Source: Chiloscyllium plagiosum (taxonomy: Eukaryota). From it: a DNA stretch of 37,691 nt. The notes under the pieces are model-generated. The model ran no database searches. It was given only the letters and a program-made list of their open reading frames with translations, and was not told the origin of the DNA. A program made the translations under genes and the position numbers. Location of the stretch: positions 86,769,667 to 86,807,357 of the forward strand of contig NC_057719.1 of the NCBI RefSeq assembly GCF_004010195.1, written 5' to 3'. Shown here one piece after another: positions 12,751 to 25,072 of the stretch (positions are counted from its first letter, which is position 1; each line of letters begins with the position of its first letter).

Positions 12751-13432
12751 GAGTCAGAGAAATATACAGTATGGAAACAGACCCTTTGGTCCAGCTCATC
12801 CATGGCAACCAGATATCCTAAATAAATCTAGTCCCATTTGGCCCATATTCTTCTCAACCCTTCTTATTCATATACCCATCCAGATGCCTTTTAAATGTTG
12901 TAATTGTACCAGCTGCCACTACTTCCTCTGGTAGCTTGTACCATACAGACATCAGCCTCTGTGCGAAAACATTGCCCCTTAGGTCCCTTTTAAATCTTAC
13001 CCCTCTTACTTTAAATCTAGCCCACTAGTTTTGAACTCCCTCACCCCAGGGTTTGTTTATTTACCCTGTCCATGACCCTCATGATTTTAAGAACTTCTAT
13101 AACATAACCTCTCAGTTTTTGATGCGCCAGGGAAAATAGCCCCAGTCTATTCAGCCTCTTCCTATAGTTCAAACCCTCCAATCCTGGCAAAATCCTTCTA
13201 AATCTTTTCTGAACCCTTTCAAGTTTCACAACATCCTTCCTGTAGCAGGGAAACCAGAATTGCACACTGTATCCTAATAGTGACCTAACCAATGACCAGT
13301 ACACCTGCAACATTACCTCCCAACTCCTATACTCAATGCACTGGCCAATAAAGGGAAGCATACCAAACCACTTCTTCACTAACCGATTTACCTGCGACTC
13401 TACTTTCAAGGAAGTATAAACCTACACTTCAA
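12750..13432 (-). mobile_element. Younger CR1 3' fragment nested in older CR1
   Basis: ORF 13041-13409 (IEYRSWEVMLQ...LERVQKRFRRILPGLE) plus CR1 3' UTR. Confidence 0.9.
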
Positions 13433-13761
13433 GATCACATGTTATTCTCCACATCATCCTGAACCTTACAATACAATGATCACTGTCTCCCAAATGTTCC
13501 CCCATGACATCCTCAGGCAGTAGAAATTATTGTTCCCTTTCCAAGTTTGGTTTCTTGCACCTCATACTTGATGAATGTAAGTTCGACATTGCATCTCGTT
13601 TCAGCAATGTTTAATTTCACTGCTACCCCCGAAAACGACTTTTAAATAAAGAGTACTTGCAAGAGATTAAATGGGTTCTAACATCAGCTCATTGGGAAAC
13701 TAAACAGAGCTGGACTCTAAGCACACGACAAAACAGTGACTATTTAAAATTTGTTTGGCAG

Positions 13762-14174
13762 GCGGAGATGTCACCCTGACAGACCAACCAAATGTTCTCA
13801 GTCAAATACAGTTCAATGTTGCCAACAACATCCCCGTCTCCGTTCAACAGCGGACCAAAGTCTCTGCTCTCACTTGGGGTGAAAACCAAAATCAGTTCCC
13901 CACAAACTACGACTTCATCCTGGGCACTGATATTGTCTACAGTTCACGGGACTTCCCTGCTCTCATAAAGACCCTGCAACACCTCAGTAACGAGAACACC
14001 GTCATCTACATCTGTTCCAAGATGCGAGAGAGCATGGGGGCCATGGATTTCCACGAAAAGCTCCTCCCGGTGGACTTCAACACGGAGATTGTTCACAGAA
14101 CTGCAGACAAAGAAATCGTTGTGTTCAAGGGGACCAAGAAGAGCCCTGGCGATGTAGAGAAGCCACAGATGTGA
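13762..14174 (+). CDS. EEF1AKMT3: EEF1AKMT3-like coding exon 3 (terminal)
   Basis: ttgtttggcag acceptor, phase-compatible; GDVTLTD...ALTWG...YDFILGTDIVY...LQHL...SKMR...LLP matches the METTL21B C-terminal half. Joined CDS 156+112+413=681 nt = 226 aa + stop. Confidence 0.92.
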
Positions 14175-14976
14175 CACTTTATATTAACAAGGGTGGAGAG
14201 GTGACAGGTTTCCTATCTCTGCAGAGTTCGTGTTACCGGTGACTCTTTCAGAATAAGTTTGCGAAAATTGTCAATACTCTTATTCAATCATTTCTAGTCC
14301 CTGCTTTGTATTTTTCCACCTCCCCATTGTATTCAAGGTTTGATTGTTAACTCAGCAAGCTCCTGAAGATCTTTTGTCTCTTCACTCTAAGTTTGGAAAT
14401 TAATGTTGGAAGATGATGGAATTTCTAGGGAGTCACCTTAATAACCAACTCCTCCGTCCGCCAGGCTGAAGCAAGATTCAAATTCTAAAAATCAACTGCA
14501 ACAAGGTCCATATCACTAATAATTCATGTCACTGAATGATTCCCAATGCACCTTTCTGAATTGATTTGTACTGAACTCCACTTTCGCTCAGCCTTACATT
14601 CTCTGAAGCCACTAGAGGCACTATGCTGCTCAAAGTATCCCCTCCCTCACCCAGGATAAACAGGCCATTCCTAAAAAATATACTTCGCATCCCAACTTCA
14701 CCCCAGAGGGAGAGCTGCTTCTATCATTTGGTCAAAAAGACGTTATATTTTCAGACAAACAGCCTGACATTATTAATTATGGGCAGTTCTAAATTCCACA
14801 AAAACGTGACTAATGCAAATTACACTACACCATTAAAATGCCCCCAGCCAAAACCGTGATGTTGGAACTGCTGAGAGGAGTTTGTGCGGAATAGAACTGA
14901 TCGAACGAACTAATGTTAGCTTAATATTTCTCACTGTCTAACACTAACTTCTTTCAACACTGAAAAATAGTGAAAT

Positions 14977-14982
14977 AATAAA
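14977..14982 (+). terminator. Candidate polyadenylation signal of EEF1AKMT3-like gene
   Basis: AATAAA ~800 nt after the stop, followed by GT/T-rich sequence (ggtgtttccttgagtgtt). Confidence 0.5.
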
Positions 14983-15132
14983 AGGTGTTTCCTTGAGTGT
15001 TCACACTATTCTTTCGCGTGAGCTCGGGATTGAGTAGATATTTATTCCCTGAGTGCACACACACTCCAAGTTATACTATCACTCCTTGAACAAAAAAACA
15101 CACTTTCTCCCAGTTATACCGTCACTCCGCGC

Positions 15133-15214
15133 TGGAAGAGCACAGCAGTTCAGGCAGCATCCAACGAGCAGCGAAATATCTGGTTTCCAGCATCTGCAGT
15201 CATTGTTTTTACCT
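15133..15214. mobile_element. Tiny PLE-derived insertion flanked by a 13-bp direct repeat
   Basis: cgtcactccgcgc at 15120-15132 and 15215-15227 flanks tggaagagcacagcagttcaggcagcatcc...tttccagcatctgcagtc. Confidence 0.6.
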
Positions 15215-17102
15215 CGTCACTCCGCGCGCCCACACACAGTCTGCAGATCTTCATTTTGCTCCTTCACGGGCTGCAGGTATCACGGGAAAGATCAGCGTTT
15301 ATTCCCCCATCGCTGGCTCTCCTCGAGGAGAAAGTGGGGGGTCCCCTGACCTAAACTGCAGCGCTTTGACTGGTGAGCATACTCTTGTGTTGTTGTTAAG
15401 CAGGGATTTTGAAGCAACAATAGATTTTCAAATCATGCTGGTTTGTGACATGGAGCTGTCCCATGTGTCTGTGGCAATGGATCTTCCATGCTGTAAGGGC
15501 CATGAGTTTGGAAGGTGCTTACAAGTTGTCAATATACACCTTGTACGGGGTACTCACTGATTTTTGTGTTAAATGACAGCAATTGTAGCATCTTTATAAC
15601 AACCCTTTCTCATTATAATTTGTCAACATTACTGAGAGTAGCATTTAATTTTAATTTTCCTAACATTAATTCCATCATTGTGGGATCTGCACCTGCGTCC
15701 CAAAAGTATTGGTCTATGCCTCTAGATTGTTAGTTAAGAGATGGTACCACTGCACCACAGACTTGTCCAAAGTCAAGCCGCGGACTCCCGACTTGTACTT
15801 GTAGGTGGTGAACAGGCTTTGAAGTACTAGGTGAGTCATATTTCACAAAATACCCAGCCTCTGACTTGCTCAAGTAGCTAAATTTATCAACATAGGCAAT
15901 GTACTTAAGTTTCTGTTTAATGGTAACAACCCCCACCCTCTACAAGATGTTGGTGAAGGGGGTTGGGAGGTGTTTGACAGTGTTAAGGTTCAGGATGTAA
16001 GTTTGCTGGCTGAGCTGGAAGGTTTGTTTTTAGATGTTTGGTCACCATTCCAGGTAACATCGTCAGTGAGCTTCCGAATGAAGCCATTATCCAATGACAT
16101 TAAGGTGATTGAACTTCTCCAGAAAGTGGTTAGACTCTGTCTTGTTGGGGGAGATGCTCCTTTCTTGGTCCTAATGTGGTACAATTGATACCTATCTCAC
16201 CTGCTTTTCCAGCAAGTTATGTTTTTGTTTCTGCTTTACAGCATCCTCAGTTCTTTTAGTTTTTATTGTCCAGGACTAGTTGCATGAGGGCAAAGTGTGC
16301 ATTGTTCTCTGAGGAATTGCTGATGGAACTGAACTGTATGGGAGAGTGGGGGTGCCTTGTACACATCATCACAGCAAGTAAACACACAGGTACAGTTAGC
16401 AATGGTAGGCCGGCCTTCATTGGAAGGATTTGGCATCTCAGGGTGCAGAGACCACACCTGCAATAAACTTTGTTTCGGCTCCTTAAAATGTAAAGATATA
16501 CCAGCTTTGAGGCCTTCAATAAAAATTCGCTAGATCAGTTCCTGGTGTGGGGGAGGCCAATGGTATGATGACAGATTGATTAGAATGATCTTGTTTTCTT
16601 TGGACATTGGAAGAGAGAGGGATGATCATAGTTAACTCACGCGAGGCATGACAGGATTAAAGTTGACAGGTTTATTTGCCGTCAATGAAAAGTCTTGCAC
16701 TTGAGGTCACAGTCTCGGGTTGAGGAGCTTGGTTCCTCAGGCTATAAACACCTTCCTTATGAATGTTTAGACTTTTCTACCCCAGATGGCTAGCGATGCT
16801 CGAACAATGTTCCTCGATGAGATCAATAGATATTTGACCACTAAGGAGGATGAGGGTATTATGTTTTTGTGAAAAAAAAACAATCCCACGGTTTCATCTA
16901 AGGATGTTAAAGGAAGTACAGAAGCACATTGTAGACACCCTAACTATAATATTTCAAAATTTCATAGATTCAGGTCATTAGCAAGTTTTGAGAAAAGTCA
17001 GGCCATTCTTCTAGGCTGGAAAATTACACATCACTCCACTTTCAAAGGTGAGAGTGAAACCAGAAAATTATAGACCAATTAGTCTAATATCTGTGATTGG
17101 TA

Positions 17103-18067
17103 TGATTTGGAGACACCGCTGTTGGACTGAGGTGTACAAAGTTAAAAAAAAAAATCACAACACCAGGTTATAGTCAAACAGGTTTATTTGGAAGCACTAG
17201 CTTTCGGAGCACTGCTCCTTCATCAGGTGATTGTGGAGAATAAGATTGTAAGGCACAGAATTTATAGTAAAACTTTAAAGTATAATGTAACTGAAATTAT
17301 ATATTGAAAAAGACCCAGATTGTTTCTTTCATATGTAAATTGCAAATCTTTTTAAAAAAAGTTACATTCTCAAGTGCACTTTAACAAATGGTGTCATGTC
17401 AGCAGATAAGGTATTGAAGCTGTTAACTCCCTGTGAGGGAATGTATGAGACAGGGTCTGAGTGTATGTATGGTGCAATGGTCATTGCACCACACACACAC
17501 AGACCCTGTCTTATACACTCACACATACACATCCTGTCACAGACTTAAATCCCTTTACACTCACACTCCTACACACACCCTCTCACAGACACTCATAACC
17601 ATCCCCCCCATCCCTACACACACACACATCCACATGCACACATACACAAGTTTGTGGGTGAATTTGTACTTGCCAAATTACATTTTACTTTGCTTAGAAA
17701 CTGCATGAGTCTGTCTAATATTCTGTAAATCTGTTTTTTAGATTAGAATCAGTCTGACCATTGTGGCACAGACAGCCTCACAAGGAGTTAACAGCTTCAA
17801 TACCATATCTGCCGACATGACACCACTTGTTAAAGTGCACTTGAGAATGTAACTTTTAAAAACATTTGCGATTTACATATGAAAGAAACAATCCAGGTCT
17901 TTTTCAGTATATAAATTTCAGTTATATCACACTGTAAACGATTGCTATAAATTCTGTGTTTTACAATCCTATTCTCCACAATCTACACAATGAAGGAGCA
18001 GTGCTCCGAAATCTAGTGCTTCCAAATAAGCCTGTGGGACTATAACCTGGTGTTGTGTGATTTTTAA
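17103..18067. mobile_element. Penelope-like element remnant with ~290-bp inverted arms around a CA-rich spacer
   Basis: ~17143-17438 is the reverse complement of ~17775-18067 (aatcacaacaccaggttatagtc...gaagctgttaactcc vs ggagttaacagcttc...gactataacctggtgttgtgtgattttt). Confidence 0.8.
17195..17229 (-). ncRNA. Minimal hammerhead ribozyme (PLE type), intact core
   Basis: Minus strand CAC-CTGATGA-A-GGAGC-AGT-GCTCC-GAA-AGCT-A-GTG: stem I CAC:GTG, perfect 5-bp stem II, palindromic AGCT, CUA triplet. Confidence 0.65.
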
Positions 18068-19399
18068 ATCGGTGGTGGGGAAATTGTTGAAATATATCAT
18101 CAAGGATGGGATAATTGAACATCTTGAAATTTTCAGTTATTCAGGGAGAGTCGGCATGGATTTATCATAGGTAGGTCATGCCTGACAAATGTCATTGAAT
18201 TTTTTTGGTGATATGATTGAGGTAGTGGACAAGGGAATAGCTATCGATATTGATGATATGGGTGTCCAGAAGACAATTGACAAAGCCCCATATAAGAGAT
18301 TGTGAACTAAGGCAGAAGCCCAATAATGGAGGGTGAATTACATGACATGGCTAGGAAATTGGTGGAGTGACAGGTGACAGAAAGGAGGGATAACGGGTAG
18401 GTACTGAAATTGGCAGATGTGACTAGTGGCATCCCACATTATTTAATAAGAACTTGGATATTGGCTTAAAATGTCTTATATCCAAATTTGCTGATGACAC
18501 AAAGTTAGGTAGCATTGTAAACAGTGTAGATGAAAGTCTATCAATGTCCTTTTGTAATTTTATGCTGTGAAAATGAGCAAAACTGTGGCAGATGGATTTC
18601 AGTGTAAGCAAGTGTGAGGTTATCCATTTTGGACCAAAAAAGGATAGATCAAAGAACTTTCTAGATAGTATGAAGTTCAATACAGTGGATGTCCAAAGAA
18701 ACTTGGGAATTCAAGTACATAGATCATTAAAATGTCACAAACAGGTACAGAAAGTAATCAAGAAAGCTGTTAAGACTGGCCTTCACATCGAGAGGACTGA
18801 ATAACAACATCGCAGAAGTTATGTAGCTGTACAAATCCCTGGTTGGACCCCACTTGATGTACTGTGAGCAGATCTGGGCACCACACCTTAGGAAAGATAT
18901 ACTGGCCTTGGAGGGAGTACAATGTTGATTTGCAAGAATGATACCTGGACTTCAAGAGTTAGTTTACAAGGAGAGGTTACAATGTTTTCTCCAGAATTTA
19001 GGTTAAGGAGTGATCTGATTGAAGTCTTCAAGATAGTAACAGGAAAAGACAGATGAAGATAAACAATTTCCACTGGCTGGGAAGTCTAGAACTAGGAGGC
19101 ATTGAGAATTAGGGCTTGACCATTCAGGAGAGGTGTTAGGAAGCACTTCTACACAGAAAGGGTGGAAGATGTTTGAAGCTTTCTTCCAAAAATAGTAGCG
19201 GATGCAGGATCAATTGATCATTTTGAATCAGAGAGATATAAATCTTTTGTTAAGCAAAAGTATTAAGGAATATCAGTCAAAGACAGGTATATATGGAGTT
19301 TGGTCACGGATCAGGCATCATCTTATTGAATAGTGAAACAAACCGCAGGGGCTGAATAGCCTATTCCTGTTCCTATCAAGTGGCACTAAGTCAGGAATA

Positions 19400-20012
19400 A
19401 CCTGCTCACCAAGCTTAAGCTTGGCCTCCACCAGGTTCACTCGTCTCCATAATTACAGCCTCAGTCCAGACTGTTGTCAATTATGACGACCCTTGACATC
19501 AGAGCTGCATTTGACAGTGTCACATCAAGGATCCAAAGAAAACAAGATGAAAAATCTATACTGTTTGGAGTTGTATCAAGCACAAAGGTAGTTAGTTGTT
19601 ATTGCTGAAAGGCAATCATCTCAGCGAGAGGACATCTCTGCAGGAGTTGCTCAGGGTCGTGTCCTTGGTCCAACCATCTTCAGCTGTTCATCAATGACCT
19701 TCCCTCCGACATAAGGTCAGAAGTGGGGATGTTCACTGATGATTATACAATGTTCAGTAACATTCAGGAAACTTCAGATACTTTTCAAATGCAGCAAGAT
19801 CCTGAGCAATTGTCGTACTTAAGTTGATAAATGACAAGTAATATTCACTCCATAAAAGTGGCAGGCATTAGGAATCTCCAAGAGAATCTAACCACATCCC
19901 CCATGAGGTCTACTAGCATCAAAATCATTGACTCTTTCAAATAATCAATTGGGGGCTTACTACTAACCAGAAATTAAACTATCCCATCTATTATAAATAC
20001 TATAGTTATAAC
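19400..20012 (+). mobile_element. Old CR1/L2-clade LINE of a different family; appears to resume at ~22058-22220
   Basis: gcaggagttgctcagggtcgtgtccttggtccaaccatcttcagctg-ttcatcaatgaccttccctcc...gtggggatgttcactgatgat (GVxQGxVLGPTIFS-FINDLPS...VGMFTDD). Confidence 0.7.
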
Positions 20013-20014
20013 TT

Positions 20015-22057
20015 GCAGCATGTGTTGGTACCTGGGAATTTGATATTGTGTCCATTTCAGAGACATGGATAGAGCAGGTTCAGGAATGGTTGTTACAGGT
20101 TCTGGGATTTAAATGTTTCAGTAAGAACACAGAAGATAGTAAAAGAGGGGAAGGTTTGGCAATGTTAGTTAAGAACAGTATTACAGTAGCAGAAAGGATG
20201 TCTGAAGACTCGTCAACTGAGGTAGTGTGGGCTGAGGTTAGAATCAGAAAGAGAGGTCATCCTGTTAGGAGTTTCCTATAGGCCTCAGAATATTTCCAGA
20301 GATGTAGAAGAAAGATAGCAGCGAGAGTAATAGGGTGGTCGTTATGGGGCATTTAACTTTCAAATTATTGACTGGAAATTCTATAGTTCGAGTAGTCAAA
20401 TTATTGACTGGAAATTCTATAGTTCGAGTAGTTTAGATGGGTCAGTTTTTGTTCAGTGTGTGCAGGATGGTTTTCTGTCGCATTACGTAGACAAGCCAAC
20501 AAGGGGTGAGGCCACATTGGATTTGGTACTGGGTAATGAACCTGGCCAGGTGTTAGACTTGGAGGTAGGTGAGCACTTTGATGATAGTGACCATAATTCG
20601 GTTATGTTTACTTTAGTGATGAAAAGGGATAGGTATATACTGTAGGGCAAGAATTATTGCTGGGGGAAAGGCAGTTATGATTCGATTAGACAAGTTTTAG
20701 GATGCATAGCATGGGGAAAGAAACTGCAAGGGATGGGCATAATTGAAGTGTGGAGTTTATTCAAGGAACAGGTAGTGTGTGTCCTTGATAAGTATATGCC
20801 TGTCAGGCAGGAAGAAAGTGGTCGAGAAAGGGAGCCGTGGTTTACTAAAAAAGTTGAATTTCTTATCAAGAGGAAGAAGGCAGCTTAGGTTAGGATGAGA
20901 CATGAAGACTTGGTTAGGGTGCTTGAGAGTTACATGTTAGCCAGGAAAGACCTAAAGAGAGAGCTAAGAAGAGCCAGAAGAGAGAGACATGAGAAGTTGT
21001 TGGCAGGTAAGATCAGAAATTGGCTACTTGAAAGAAGACAGAGGGTGGTGGTTGATAGGAAATGTTCATCCTGGAGTTCAATTACTAGTGGCGTACCACA
21101 AGGATCTGTTTTGGGGCTAGTGCTGTTTGCCATTTATAAAAATGACCTAGATGAGGGTATGGAAGGACGAGTTAGTAAATTTGTGAATGACACGAAGGTC
21201 AGTGGAGTTGTGGATAGTGCAGAAGGATGTTGCAGGTTACAGAGTGACATAGATAAGCTGCAGAGCTGGGCAGAGAGGTGGCAAATGGAGTTTAATGCAG
21301 AAAAATGTGAGGTGTTTCACTTAGGAAGGTCCAACAGGAATACAGAGTACTGGGCTAATGGTAAGATTCTTGGTAGTATAGAGAACTCTGTGTCCCTGTA
21401 CATAGATCCTGAAAGTTGCCACCCAGGTTGACAGGGTTGTTAAAAAAGGAATACGATGTGTTAATTTTTATTGGTAGAGGGATTGAGTTTCAGAGCCACG
21501 AGGTCATGCTGCAGCTGAACAGAACTCTGGTGCAGCCACACTTGGGGTATTGCGTACAATTCTGGTCACTGCATTATAGGAGGGATGTGGAAGCTTTGGA
21601 AAGGGTGCAGAAGAGATTTACTACAATGTTGCCTGGTATGGAGGGAAGGACTTACGAGGAAAGGCTGAGGGACTGGAGGCTGTTTTCACTCGAGAGAAGA
21701 TGGAGAGGTGACTTCATAGAGACATAGAAGATAATCCTAGGGTTAGATAGGGTGGAAATGAGCCTTTTTCCTTGGATGGCAATGGCTAGCACGAGAGGAC
21801 ATAGCTTTAAATTGACGGGTGAGAGATATAGGCAGATGTCAGAGGCAGTCTCTTTACTCAGAAAGTAGTAGGGCATGGAATACCTTGCCTGCAACAGTAG
21901 TAAACTCACCAACTTTAAGGGCATTTAAATGGTCATTGGATAAACATATGGATGAAAATTGGATTGTGTAGAATAGATGGGCTTCAGACTGGTTCCACAA
22001 GTCAGCGCAACACTGAGGGCTGAAGGGCCTATACTGCACTGTAATGTTTTATGTTCT
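20015..22057 (+). mobile_element. CR1 LINE ORF2 (endonuclease to 3' UTR) with large internal deletion
   Basis: ISETWI, PTRGEATLDLVLGNEPGQV...[24 protein letters not shown]; tail gttttatgttct; jumps from the linker directly into mid-RT at ~21010. Confidence 0.92.
20361..20432. repeat. Perfect 36-bp tandem duplication
   Basis: caaattattgactggaaattctatagttcgagtagt x2. Confidence 0.95.
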
Positions 22058-23020
22058 CTAACAGCAGGTCAGAAGCTACACCTTTGCAGTGATTGGCTCA
22101 GCTTCTGACTTCCAAAATGTCTCTGCAACCTGCACAACATAAGAGGAGCATGATCGTATAGTTTCAACTTCTCCGAAAAACATGACTGCCACATGGAAGC
22201 GGATCAATCCCATCCAGAACAAATCTCATCCTCATTCCCTTCCCGTCCCTCCCTCACCCCTCCCTCCTCCACCACTACATAATTTTGATGTGACTGCCAC
22301 ATATGCAAGAGAAGCCACATTTGGTACACACATACATATTATATATATAAATAAACAATAGTAATTGTAGGGATTAACAAGGATGCCATTAATCTAAGTG
22401 CTGAGAGAAGTAGGATTCAACTCCAGACAGCGGGACACAGATTGCTAATGAGAAGAAATGGTGTCAGCTAGACTTGACACAGTCGGGGATCATTAGGGAC
22501 TAACAATTCTCTGTAAAAACAAAATGAGAGAGAGGGAGAGGGGGAGGGAAGAAAGAAGTCCATGTCTGACAAGTGTGGTTGCTCATGTAGAAAATGCACA
22601 CAAGTGTAAAGGGAATGAAATGGGAAAGTCACTTTGTGTTGTGACACTATCAATCTGCACATTGCCAAAAAAAATTTTGGCTGTAATGTTACAGCCTTCA
22701 GAAAACTGAGGTATCCAGCATGAGAGAGCATGAATCATTTCCAATTTGCACATAATGGGTTATGTCAATCAATAAAGAGCCGTAATCAGACATTTCAGCA
22801 TTTTCTCACCTTGGGCTTATGTTATTGGAAAGCACGTGAGACAGTCCAGTAAATATGACTCAACAGCTTAAAACAATGGCACTACTGTATTCTATTCTCT
22901 CTGATCTTGTATATCAAAATCCAAAATAAAGAAGAACAGAAGTTAAAAAAAAAAAATCATCCTGTTAAAACAATCCAAAGGTCAACCTCAGTAGTTGATG
23001 AGCACCGTTAATGTTGACAT

Positions 23021-23716
23021 TGTGGTGCTGGAAAAGCACAGCAGGTCAGGCAGCATCTTAGGAGCAGGAGAATCAATGTTTCGGGCATAAGCCCTTCATC
23101 AGGAATGAGGCATGTGGGCTGGGGAGGGGGTGGGGTTGGGGCCAATGTAGCTGAGAAAGCGATAATGAAGGTGAGGGAGAAAGTGATAGGCCCAGTGGGG
23201 GGTGGTTGGAGCAGACAGATGGGAAAGGTGATGGAGAGATGAGGAGGGCAGCGCCGAGTTGGAGGCTTGGGACAGGGATCATTGCCGGGCTTGGGGGGGG
23301 TTGGAATGAGGAAACTGTGGAAATCCACATTTATCCCACATGGTTGCAGGGTCCCAAGCCGGAATATGATACACGGGATAAGTGTGGATTTCCAGTTTGC
23401 TCATTTCCCCTCCCCCCACATTATCCCTGTCCCAAACCGTCCTCCTGACCTATTCATCACCTTTCCTATCTATTTGCTCCAACATTTCCCACCCCCCCAA
23501 CCGTCATCTGCTTTTGGTTTCTCAGATACCCTCATCCCACTCCCCTCTGCTCCCATTTTTCTCTCAGCCCCCGGCCCACAAGCCTCATTCCTGATGGAAG
23601 GGTTTATGCTCAAAACGTCTATTCTCCTGCTCCTCAGATGCTGTCTGATCTGTTGTGTTTTTCCAGCACCACACTCTTGACTCTGATCTCCAGTATCTAC
23701 AGTCCTCACTTTCTTC
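23021..23716. mobile_element. Penelope-like inverted pseudo-LTR pair
   Basis: tgtggtgctggaaaagcacagcagg...gcccttcatcaggaatgagg mirrored by cctcattcctgatggaaggg...ttttccagcaccaca; hammerhead core on minus strand 23075-23102 (CTGATGA-A-GGGC-TTAT-GCCC-GAAACATT) and a degenerate one at 23591-23619. Confidence 0.75.
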
Positions 23717-24006
23717 AAGCACCATTAATGTGTATTTCCACCATCACTAGTCAGCAGGGACCCTGTCTGGAATACAGTACAGATGAAGAAATGATCAGGG
23801 TCAGTGCTCAATAACTACACTTGTCCGTGGATACTGGCCCACCCACACCTTATTCACAGGCCCACTGTTCTTCGAGATTAGGTCCAGTAGGTAGGGTATT
23901 CAACTGCTGAGTGCATCACAGCTCTCGCCCCATCCAGTGCTCACAATGATAATTCCTGCACAAGTAGGAGCTCGGGACTTCGCTGTTTTAAACCGTGATT
24001 TAAACT

Positions 24007-24012
24007 TTTATT
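24007..24012 (-). terminator. Candidate RPUSD2 polyadenylation signal
   Basis: TTTATT on + (AATAAA on -) ~300 nt after the stop codon. Confidence 0.5.
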
Positions 24013-24307
24013 CATGTACAAAAGGAAAGTGCAGTATCCCAGTGGCATCTCAGAGGAAGGGAATCATCTGATCCATAAAATGTCACTCAGACTGAGAGCA
24101 GACAGTGTTTGCATGTCTAACTTCAGTTGCACAGTCATAAATATACAGCCTGGTGGTCTCTCTCTCTCAGGAAACAACTGTACCTTTCAGATACCCCTGC
24201 ATTAATATGAGGTGCCATTTCCTTCTCTCCCCCAGACATCTACCCCAGTTACTGAATGTTCAGGCCTGGGAAGGTTTTACACACACACTGTGCTTGTGGT
24301 GTGTACC

Positions 24308-25036
24308 TCAGTCCTCTTGCCAGTCAGCTGTAGCCCAGTTGGGCAGTGGTGAGCTGTACTCCCAGTCCAATCCCTTGTACTTCAGGGCATGCAGATACAT
24401 GATCAGGTCTTTCGCAGATGGGTCCTTCCTCAGCAGCTTGCACTCGCCGCACAGATTGTCCTTCACAGGCACAGGCTTCACTTCGCGCTCACTGGCTGTG
24501 GGCTCCAAAGAGTTGTCGTCGCTAGCCTTCCCCGTTCCCTCCTCAGCCCCGTTGCTCTTCTTGTCTGCAGAAGGCTCAGTTTCGTCCACGTGGGGTGGCG
24601 TGAAGTTGGTGCTCCCTTTGTGGTCATCCTCACCAGTGCAATGGTGATCCACTTCCAAGAGATCTAGGCTCTCTTTCAACCGGTGATCGTCCACCAACGT
24701 CTTCAGCAGCTCATCGTCCGTTTTGTCTAGTGTTCCCCCTCTGCCCCTATTAGGTCCCCAGGCCTCGGTATTATAGACGGGATCATTCACAATGGGATGA
24801 CCCAGGTACTGGAGGTGGACCCGGATCTGGTGGGTGCGTCCAGTGTAAGGGGAGCAGTGCACTACACTGGACACGCCGTTATAGCTCAGTTTCTGGAAAA
24901 CGGTCTTGCACGGTTTCCCCTTGGGGTGCACTCGGCACACACCGACCTTGTAGGAGATGGTGAGGATGGGTTCCTCGCAGGTAATTTCACCATCTGGAAA
25001 CTCGCCCTGCACTCGACACACATATTCCTTCTCCAC
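24308..25036 (-). CDS. RPUSD2: RNA pseudouridine synthase domain-containing protein 2, terminal exon
   Basis: Acceptor gttttgtttcag (AG ends 25037); VEKEYVCRVQGEFP...SYKVGVCRV...TGRTHQIRVHLQYLGHPIVNDPVY...MYLHALKY; RluA-family motifs matching vertebrate RPUSD2; phase 0. Confidence 0.95.
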   Translation of the reverse strand: MEKEYVCRVQGEFPDGEITCEEPILTISYKVGVCRVHPKGKPCKTVFQKLSYNGVSSVVHCSPYTGRTHQIRVHLQYLGHPIVNDPVYNTEAWGPNRGRGGTLDKTDDELLKTLVDDHRLKESLDLLEVDHHCTGEDDHKGSTNFTPPHVDETEPSADKKSNGAEEGTGKASDDNSLEPTASEREVKPVPVKDNLCGECKLLRKDPSAKDLIMYLHALKYKGLDWEYSSPLPNWATADWQED

Positions 25037-25072
25037 CTGAAACAAAACAACAACAGTCAGCCAGTACCATAC

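Larger units (their letters stand above)
16880..19378 (+). mobile_element. Old CR1 LINE (RT), interrupted by PLE at 17103-18067
   Basis: ccagaaaattatagaccaattagtcta before and ggtggtggggaaattgttgaa after the insertion rejoin the NYRP-SL...VVGKLLE motif; tccaaatttgctgatgacacaaag (SKFADDTK); CEVIHFG; 3' end ggctgaatagcctattcctgttcctat. A further old CR1 3' piece lies at ~16400-16860. Confidence 0.85.

Noticed and set aside
20361..20432. CRISPR-like 36-bp repeat
   Set aside because: Two adjacent copies without a spacer, inside a LINE in eukaryotic DNA.
22440..22860. Unique-looking intergenic stretch as a conserved enhancer
   Set aside because: Cannot be supported without cross-species alignment.
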